NCBI GenBank assembly: GCA_964569185.1
Contig: CAZMTP010000002.1
Coordinates: forward strand, 1,227 to 65,226
Direction: 5' to 3'
Source of the DNA: an uncultured bacterium
GTDB lineage: Bacteria > Chlamydiota > Chlamydiia > Chlamydiales > Rhabdochlamydiaceae
Length of the DNA: 64,000 nucleotides
Shown: positions 55,551-64,000 of the stretch, one piece after another
How the letters are laid out: each line of letters starts with the position of its first letter
How positions within the stretch are numbered: position 1 is the stretch's first letter
The notes under the pieces: generated by a model
The model's input: only the letters and a program-made list of their open reading frames with translations
Databases searched by the model: none
What the model was told of the DNA's origin: nothing
Position numbers and translations under genes: made by a program

Positions 55551-56687
55551 ATGAAGTACTTAATTCCAAGTTCCCTTTTGCTGCTGATGAGCTCTTTATG
55601 CGCAGATGAAGTAGCCCAGATGCAGTCTCAGTCAATGTCAAGAGATCCCTGCTGTCCTCCACCAAAACCATGCTGTCCTCCAAAACAAGACTGCATTCCA
55701 CCTAAGTGCGCGCAGTTAGTGGGTGGTCCAAAAGGAGAGATTACTCCTAATGCTGGCCCTTGTGTGGCTTGTGGAGCAGACCTTTACCTCACAGTTGATT
55801 TCATCTACTGGACAGTACGTGAAGACCATTTAGGTTTTGCTTATTCTACTGGAACCAATGCAGCTGCCCCAGTAGAAGGAAGAATTTCACAGCTCGACTT
55901 TAAAATGGAACCAGGATTTAAAGTGGGCGCCGGAATTTTATTTGATCATGATGGCTGGGATATATTTGCAGAATATACCTGGATCCGTTCTAGAAATGTC
56001 AAAGGCAGTGCTGATTTAGAGGCTGGCACCGTGTTTCTTAGTGCTGAAAACTGGGGATTCGTTGATGGCACGGCTTCTGGCTATGATGCAAACTGGTCGT
56101 TGCACTATTTCAATGTGATTGACTTAGAGTTAGGCCGCAATTTCTACGTTAGCCGCTATTTAAAATTGAGACCACACTTTGGATTCAAAGGAACATGGCA
56201 AAAGCAGTTCTTTAATGACGATGCAGCCACAGTAATCACTAGCGTGGCTCATACAGCTTTCCTGAGAGAAAAACAATTCTACTGGGGTTTTGGAATCAGA
56301 GCCGGTTTGGATGCTGCATTCCACTTCTCTAGAAGTTTCAGCACATTTGGTGAAATCGCTGTATCTGGACTCTGGGGTCAGTTTGAAGACAACCGTCTGA
56401 ACCAAGAGTTTGTGACTGCAACAGGAGCGTTTGTAGCACCAGTTGGTGGTTTCAACCCACGCAATGTAAGCAGTAACTTCCATACTATTAAACCTGTTAT
56501 GGAATGGATGATCGGTCTTCGATGGGAAACTTATACTTGTGATAAAGAGTTCCATTTCGCTTTCGAAGCTGCATGGGAAGAGCAATATTGGTTAGGTCAA
56601 AACCAATTCATCAGTACTTCTAATGAAGTGCGTGGTGGCGATCTCAGTTTCCAAGGCTTGACTGTGAAATTTAGATTTGACTTCTAA
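55551..56687 (+). CDS. Outer-membrane porin-like beta-barrel with Cys/Pro-rich N-terminal extension (Legionella/Coxiella MOMP-like)
   Basis: Signal peptide. Eight Cys lie within DPCCPPPKPCCPPKQDCIPPKCAQ...GPCVACG. The barrel starts LYLTVDFIYWTVREDHLGFAY and ends in the C-terminal strand LTVKFRFDF. Confidence 0.7.
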   Translation: MKYLIPSSLLLLMSSLCADEVAQMQSQSMSRDPCCPPPKPCCPPKQDCIPPKCAQLVGGPKGEITPNAGPCVACGADLYLTVDFIYWTVREDHLGFAYSTGTNAAAPVEGRISQLDFKMEPGFKVGAGILFDHDGWDIFAEYTWIRSRNVKGSADLEAGTVFLSAENWGFVDGTASGYDANWSLHYFNVIDLELGRNFYVSRYLKLRPHFGFKGTWQKQFFNDDAATVITSVAHTAFLREKQFYWGFGIRAGLDAAFHFSRSFSTFGEIAVSGLWGQFEDNRLNQEFVTATGAFVAPVGGFNPRNVSSNFHTIKPVMEWMIGLRWETYTCDKEFHFAFEAAWEEQYWLGQNQFISTSNEVRGGDLSFQGLTVKFRFDF

Positions 56688-56717
56688 TTTCGTGACGTTA
56701 GTATCAAAAACTGACAG

Positions 56718-56745
56718 ACCCATTGCAATTTGCAATGGGTTTTTC
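56718..56745 (+). terminator. Rho-independent terminator after the porin gene
   Basis: ACCCATTGCA-at-TTGCAATGGGT followed by TTTTTC. Confidence 0.75.
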
Positions 56746-56752
56746 ATTTAAT

Positions 56753-57492
56753 ATGGAAATTCAAAGCTTACAGCATCCTCTCATCAAACATTTAGTAAAA
56801 TTACGCACTGACAAAGAGCATCGTACACACTCTGGAACGGCACTTATTGCGGGCAAAAAATTGGTCCATGAGTTAGCCCTGCTAGGACCATTAAGAACAG
56901 TACTGATTGAAAAAAATTTCCCATTAGATCCTAAGATTCGCTCGGAAAAAATCTATCTTGTCTCGATGCAGATTTTGAAAAAGGTGACAGGATTAGAAGC
57001 GCCGGAGCCCATAGCTGCAGAGATTTCTCTGCCAAAAACAGAAGATTTTTCAGGAAAAAAACTCATTGTAGGTCTTAATGCAATTAATGACCCCGGTAAT
57101 CTCGGGACTCTTCTAAGAACTGCTTTGGCTTTGGGTTGGGAAGGGGCTTTCATTACTAAAGACAGTGTCGATCCTTTTAATGACAAAGCTTTACGTGCAG
57201 CTAAGGGAGCCACATTTAAACTGCCGCTTTGCTTTGGGAGCAGTCACGATTTAGGGCAGCTGATTCGTAAAAACAGATGGCATGTTTATGCTGCAGACAT
57301 GGCAGGCATACCATTGGCACAGATTTCCATAAAAATGCCCCTACTCTTATTATTAGGAAACGAGTCTCATGGCATTGCAGAAAATTTAAAGAAGCAGTAT
57401 GAACTTGTTTCTATCCCGATGAGTCCTAAAATGGAATCATTAAATGTTTCTATGGCAGGAGCCATTCTGATGTATAGCCTAAAAAATGTTTC

Positions 57493-57496
<4 letters not shown>
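56753..57496 (+). CDS. TrmH/SpoU-family RNA 2'-O-methyltransferase
   Basis: Start placed after the terminator. SpoU motifs INDPGNLGTLLRTA, LLLGNESHGI and IPMSPKMESLNVSMAGAILMY. Confidence 0.8.
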
Positions 57497-59921
<2,425 letters not shown>

Positions 59922-60083
59922 TTAACGTGCCATGCCCTTGCCCGAAGGTATTTAAATATCCTGCTTATCCTGCTGCTTTAGCGATCCTCTTATCCTGTTT
60001 TCTTAAATGCCCTTTAGGGCCTTGTAGAGAAAGGCAAAAAATGCAATAAAAAAAATTTAAAGCATAATGATGGCTCTGCAGGA

Positions 60084-61352
60084 ATGTCTTCTAAAAAGGA
60101 AGATTATATTGATATTGTCGAAAAGTCGGCCACTATTGTCCTCGCTGGAGGACAAGGAACGCGGCTTTTTCCTTTAACGGCCACCCGTTGCAAACCCTCG
60201 GTCTCTTTTGGCGGCCGCTACAGGCTTATCGATATTCCCATTTCCAATTCTTTAAATGCAGGCATCGCGCAGATCTTTGTGATTTCTCAATATTTTGCTT
60301 CTGAGCTGCACCAACATATTTTGGCTACTTACCATTTGGACCAGTTCCGCTTAAATGGCGGCATTGAACTTGTCTCCCCGCAGGATACTGCCTATGGTAA
60401 AACCTGGTTTCGAGGGACAGCAGATGCAGTAAGGCAAAATCTGGATTTTATTCTAAAAAATGCCAATGAATATTTTCTCATTCTCTCAGGCGACCAGCTC
60501 TACAACATGGATCTGATTGAAATGATCGAGCTGATCCAAAAAGAAAATGCGGATCTGGTGATCGCCTCCATTCCTGTAGAAGAAGCAGAGGCTAGAAGAA
60601 TGGGTGTTTTAAAAGTGGATCGGACGGGTCGGGTCACCGATTTTTTTGAAAAACCCCAAGAAGAAAAAATATTAAATACGTTCCGGTTGCCAGAAAATAA
60701 TAGCCACTGGCTCGGATCTATGGGCATCTATGTCTTTAGGAGAAAAGCTCTGCAGGCGATCATGAAAGAAGAAGGGGATGATTTTGGGCGCCATCTAATC
60801 CCTAAATTTATCCATAAAAGTAAAACAGTGGCTTTTACCTATAAAGGCTACTGGGAAGATATTGGAACAGTACAATCCTATTATCGTGCCAATCTTATCC
60901 TCACAGAAAAAGACACAGGCCTAAATACCTATGATCTTAGAAATCCGATTTATGCCGCCCCACAACATGTTCCCAGCCCTCTCATCAATGGCACAATGGT
61001 GAAAAATTCTCTCATTAGCCAAGGCTCTATTATTGAGGCTGCAGAGATCACCCACAGCGTGATCGGACTACGTTGCATCATCAAGAAAAAAACGATCATT
61101 CGCGATTCCATTCTTATGGGAAATCGCTACTATTTTCCTTCTCAGCAAGGCCTAGAAGCCAAAGAGTACTCCATTGGTGAAAACTGTTTGATCCAAAAGA
61201 CCATTATTGATGAGCATACCCATATCGGAAACAATGTCCAACTGACCAATAAGAAAAATATTCAAACGATGGACGGCGATGGTGTTTTTATTCGTGATGG
61301 GATTATTATCGTGACGCCAGGAACTTCATTACCTGATGGATATGTATTGTGA
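60084..61352 (+). CDS. glgC: Glucose-1-phosphate adenylyltransferase
   Basis: LAGGQGTRLFPLT, RLIDIPISN, WFRGTADAV, and a left-handed beta-helix C-terminus. Confidence 0.9.
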   Translation: MSSKKEDYIDIVEKSATIVLAGGQGTRLFPLTATRCKPSVSFGGRYRLIDIPISNSLNAGIAQIFVISQYFASELHQHILATYHLDQFRLNGGIELVSPQDTAYGKTWFRGTADAVRQNLDFILKNANEYFLILSGDQLYNMDLIEMIELIQKENADLVIASIPVEEAEARRMGVLKVDRTGRVTDFFEKPQEEKILNTFRLPENNSHWLGSMGIYVFRRKALQAIMKEEGDDFGRHLIPKFIHKSKTVAFTYKGYWEDIGTVQSYYRANLILTEKDTGLNTYDLRNPIYAAPQHVPSPLINGTMVKNSLISQGSIIEAAEITHSVIGLRCIIKKKTIIRDSILMGNRYYFPSQQGLEAKEYSIGENCLIQKTIIDEHTHIGNNVQLTNKKNIQTMDGDGVFIRDGIIIVTPGTSLPDGYVL

Positions 61353-62101
61353 GCATCTGGGCCCTATCTGACCCACACCTTTCTTTTGGCGCGCCTGAAA
61401 AGACGATGGAAGCCTTTGGTCCTGCATGGAAAGATTATCATGAGAAAATTAAAACCCATTGGCTAAAGACCGTGTCCCCTGAGGACTTAGTGCTTCTTCC
61501 AGGAGATATCTCCTGGGCCATGAAATTAGAGGAGGCACTGATCGATTTAAATTGGATCGATGCGCTCCCGGGCACAAAATTATTGCTTAAAGGCAACCAT
61601 GATTATTGGTGGCCCTCCTCTCAAAAGCTCTCCAAGGCGCTGCCTCCCTCGATCAAATTCATCTATAATAATGCTTTTGAATGGAAAAATGTGGCTATTG
61701 GAGGAAGCCGTCTCTGGGATACTGAAGAATATAACTTTAGTCCTTACATTGAGTATGCATTTAATCCAATGGCCTCCCAAGAACCCGTTGATTTTGAGAA
61801 GAAAAAAGAAGAAGACCGCAAAATTTTTGATCGAGAACTCGAGCGGTTAAAACTAAGCCTATCTCAAATGAACCCTGCGGCTAAATATCGCATCGCAATG
61901 ACCCATTATCCTCCCATTGGCGCCGATTTAAAACCCTCTAGGGCCTCGCGCATTTTAGAAGAGGCAAACATCCAGATCTGTGTGTTTGGCCATCTACATA
62001 ATGTACGTCCAGGCGCGCTTCCTTTTGGGCAGGCTCGCGGCGTGCGTTATCTTTTCACCTCTTGTGACTATATCGGTTTCAAACCAGTAAAAATTTTATA
62101 G
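61349..62101 (+). CDS. Calcineurin-like metallophosphoesterase
   Basis: SDPHL, GDISW, GNHDYWW and GHLH motifs. 4-nt overlap with glgC. Confidence 0.8.
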   Translation: MSIWALSDPHLSFGAPEKTMEAFGPAWKDYHEKIKTHWLKTVSPEDLVLLPGDISWAMKLEEALIDLNWIDALPGTKLLLKGNHDYWWPSSQKLSKALPPSIKFIYNNAFEWKNVAIGGSRLWDTEEYNFSPYIEYAFNPMASQEPVDFEKKKEEDRKIFDRELERLKLSLSQMNPAAKYRIAMTHYPPIGADLKPSRASRILEEANIQICVFGHLHNVRPGALPFGQARGVRYLFTSCDYIGFKPVKIL

Positions 62102-62160
62102 ATACAGTTTTACATTTTGCTGTATTTGCAGATATATGTTAGAATTGCGGAGGTTTTAAA

Positions 62161-62412
62161 ATGGGAAAACCTAGGAGAACCATGCATAGTAAAGTAACGC
62201 TTGAAATTCCTTTAACTGAACATAAAAAGTGGAAAACCGCAGCTCTAATGATGGATATGAGTATGAAAGATTTTGTATTAATTGGAATGCGAAGTTTCAT
62301 GCAAATGAAGCCCAACAAGGTGACTGAAAAAGCATTAAAGCAGTCAAAAGCCGGGAAAAATGTTAAAAAATTTGACACCATCTATGATTTATTCGAAGAC
62401 TTGGGCATTTAA
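62161..62412 (+). CDS. Antitoxin (ribbon-helix-helix, DinJ/RelB-like) of a type II TA pair
   Basis: GGAGG SD. N-terminal beta-strand/helix pattern KVTLEIPLTEHKKWKTAA. The stop overlaps the toxin ATG (TAATG). Confidence 0.6.
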   Translation: MGKPRRTMHSKVTLEIPLTEHKKWKTAALMMDMSMKDFVLIGMRSFMQMKPNKVTEKALKQSKAGKNVKKFDTIYDLFEDLGI

Positions 62413-62684
62413 TGCTAATTCCTATCCGAACTTCTCAATTTAAACGAGATGTCAAATTAGCTCATAAAAGAGGTAAAGATATGGGCTTACTAAAAAAGAT
62501 TATGGAAAAGCTTGCCGTTGAAGAACCGCTAGATCCCAAACATCGGGATCATAAACTTTCAGGAAACTATAAAGACCATAGAGAATGCCATCTTCAACCT
62601 GATTGGCTTCTCATTTATCGTTTTCAAGGTCATCATATCTTCTTTGAAAGAACTGGCACGCATTCTGATCTCTTCAAAATGTAA
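62412..62684 (+). CDS. yafQ: YafQ/RelE-family mRNA interferase toxin
   Basis: FKRDVKLAHKRGKDM...HRDHKLSGNYKDHRECHLQPDWLLIY...ERTGTHSDLF is the YafQ family pattern. Confidence 0.8.
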   Translation: MLIPIRTSQFKRDVKLAHKRGKDMGLLKKIMEKLAVEEPLDPKHRDHKLSGNYKDHRECHLQPDWLLIYRFQGHHIFFERTGTHSDLFKM

Positions 62685-62750
62685 ATAGATTTAAGTATCA
62701 ATGACTTACATAAAAACAATCTTTTATTTCAATTTTTATTGCTTTTTTAT

Positions 62751-62780
62751 ATGTAATGATGTAACGTTATACCATTACAT
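62751..62780. promoter_or_regulatory. 30-nt near-palindrome, candidate TrpR autoregulatory operator
   Basis: ATGTAATGATGTAACGTTATACCATTACAT is self-complementary at 26 of 30 positions, with a TAACGTTA core. It ends 14 nt before the trpR ATG. Confidence 0.45.
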
Positions 62781-62793
62781 TTTACGGAGAACT

Positions 62794-63072
62794 ATGAAAG
62801 CTAAAGAAGAAGGGTGGTGGAGGTTTTTAACCCTCTGCGCCCAATTTAAGACCCCTCGTCAGCTAAATGACTTTTTCGAGCTGTTTTTAACTCTGCAAGA
62901 AAAAGAGGATTTAGCAAAGCGCACTCTCATTGTGGAAAAACTGCTTGAAGGCAAGCAGGGACAACGAGAAATCGCTGAAGAGCTGAAGGTCAGTATTTCA
63001 AAAATAACACGAGGCTCCAATGCCTTGAAACTAATTAATAAAAATTTAAAGGAGATTCTGAAACACCATTAG
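62794..63072 (+). CDS. trpR: Trp repressor family protein
   Basis: LFLTLQEKEDLAKRTLIVEKLLEGKQGQREIAEELKVSISKITRGSNALK parallels E. coli TrpR [54 protein letters not shown] SD precedes the ATG at 62794. Confidence 0.8.
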   Translation: MKAKEEGWWRFLTLCAQFKTPRQLNDFFELFLTLQEKEDLAKRTLIVEKLLEGKQGQREIAEELKVSISKITRGSNALKLINKNLKEILKHH

Positions 63073-63097
63073 AGTCTCCTAAAAATAGGAGATAAAA

Positions 63098-63808
63098 ATG
63101 GTTACTCGTTTACCAAATGATACAATAGCTCATGTTTTCTCATTCTTAAAAGTGAGTGAACTTCAGCAGTGCGTCTCAGTCAGTACTGTATTCTGTACTG
63201 TATTTCATGACATTTCCAATAATGATGATTTTTTTAAGTTTTTTAGACAGTTACAAGAAAAAGAAAGTGTCAGTTCGGAGGATATAGCAGAAAGTTTCAG
63301 ACTGATAAATGCTAAAAAAATTATAGATTTAACTTTTGATCTGAATGATTCTATTATCCCAAGACTTTATCTTAGGACTCATCGTGCGGTAGAGTATTTC
63401 TTTTCCCGTTGCTCTTCCCGATTAAGAGAGATCAAATGTAATGGCAATCTTCAAATTGGAAAGATTGCTTGTTGTTCTTTTGATTATCCTGTTAAATTCC
63501 TAGAAAGTCTGCTTTCTTTGCAATTCCAAGCAGCCGGGCACTTATATCTCGATGATACATATATCGGCGAATGTGCTCGTAACTTTCCTCGAGTACAGCA
63601 GATAAAAATTGTAGTTCTTGCTTTTACTCCCTATGAAAATCGTTCAGACTATGCAAATCCTAGATCTAATTTTATTAGTGACACTGAAGTAGTTGTGATG
63701 CTAGATTTAAATCGATATAGAAGAGACCGTCTTACTTATTTTGAAAGATTTAAACAATTTTTGTCATATTATGTGCCTAATATTTTAAAAAGAGAGGTCA
63801 ATGCTTGA
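63098..63808 (+). CDS. F-box domain protein (eukaryote-like)
   Basis: N-terminal LPNDTIAHVFSFLKVSELQQCVSVSTVF matches the F-box consensus LPxE(I/L)..I...L....L.....V. Confidence 0.7.
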   Translation: MVTRLPNDTIAHVFSFLKVSELQQCVSVSTVFCTVFHDISNNDDFFKFFRQLQEKESVSSEDIAESFRLINAKKIIDLTFDLNDSIIPRLYLRTHRAVEYFFSRCSSRLREIKCNGNLQIGKIACCSFDYPVKFLESLLSLQFQAAGHLYLDDTYIGECARNFPRVQQIKIVVLAFTPYENRSDYANPRSNFISDTEVVVMLDLNRYRRDRLTYFERFKQFLSYYVPNILKREVNA

Positions 63809-64000
63809 TCCATAGGCATAGAGGTCAAAGCAGCTACTTGCTCTTCTTTGTCAGCTTGGTCGCTTAAGCGGTAGAATTCAGAAGCTGCTAAAAGTATTTC
63901 CTGAAAATCGGCTTCGGTCTGAATGAGTGGTTGAGCAAGCGATAGTGTGGTCAAGAACAGCTCTGCATGGCCGATATGGGCCAGAAAGTGGGCGATCTGC
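63769..64000 (-). CDS. 3' end of a CDS that starts beyond the window (hypothetical)
   Basis: The minus-strand frame is open from 64000 down to the stop at 63769. The track start at 63954 is only an internal TTG. It overlaps the F-box gene 3' end by 40 nt. Confidence 0.4.
   Translation of the reverse strand, partial: QIAHFLAHIGHAELFLTTLSLAQPLIQTEADFQEILLAASEFYRLSDQADKEEQVAALTSMPMDQALTSLFKILGT

Overview
This is a dense, AT-rich chromosomal segment. Its gene content points to an environmental, amoeba-associated member of the Chlamydiae, Parachlamydiaceae-like. The pointers are a chlamydia-style tolQRAB-pal cluster, dihaem-type sdhCAB, groESL behind a CIRCE-like repeat, F-box/LRR eukaryote-like proteins, MORN and TPR giants, and a Cys-rich porin. 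I call about 58 CDS and one tRNA (Arg-ACG, no encoded CCA). I found no rRNA, CRISPR array, prophage or intact IS. Housekeeping blocks: rsmD-coaD-csp; tolQRAB-pal-lysM-murI; tatD-sdhCAB; putA; groESL; mutL-pepP-histidine kinase; cca/pcnB-metNIQ; trmH-rsgA-eno; glgC. Accessory and unusual parts: (1) 18.7-24.5 kb holds a duplicated head-to-head module of an FBXL-type LRR protein and a DXD glycosyltransferase-like protein (3 LRR and 2 GT-like paralogs), with a shared intergenic motif and a MITE-like element. This is my best candidate for an undescribed effector system. (2) The 600-bp MORN/response-regulator spacer carries a nested inverted-repeat element whose arms match a compact hairpin at 46.0 kb. 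(3) A response regulator is translationally coupled to an Inc-like TPR membrane protein, followed by a TPR giant and a vWA protein. (4) The tol-pal operon ends in a coiled-coil LysM lipoprotein plus murI, and sits back-to-back with a DUF1343/NamZ-like gene. (5) The discriminator base of tRNA-Arg directly abuts the ATG of an MBL-fold hydrolase. (6) A small islet at 62-64 kb holds a YafQ-type toxin-antitoxin pair, an orphan trpR with a palindromic operator candidate, and an F-box protein. All functional calls come from reading motifs in the supplied translations. No database search was run.
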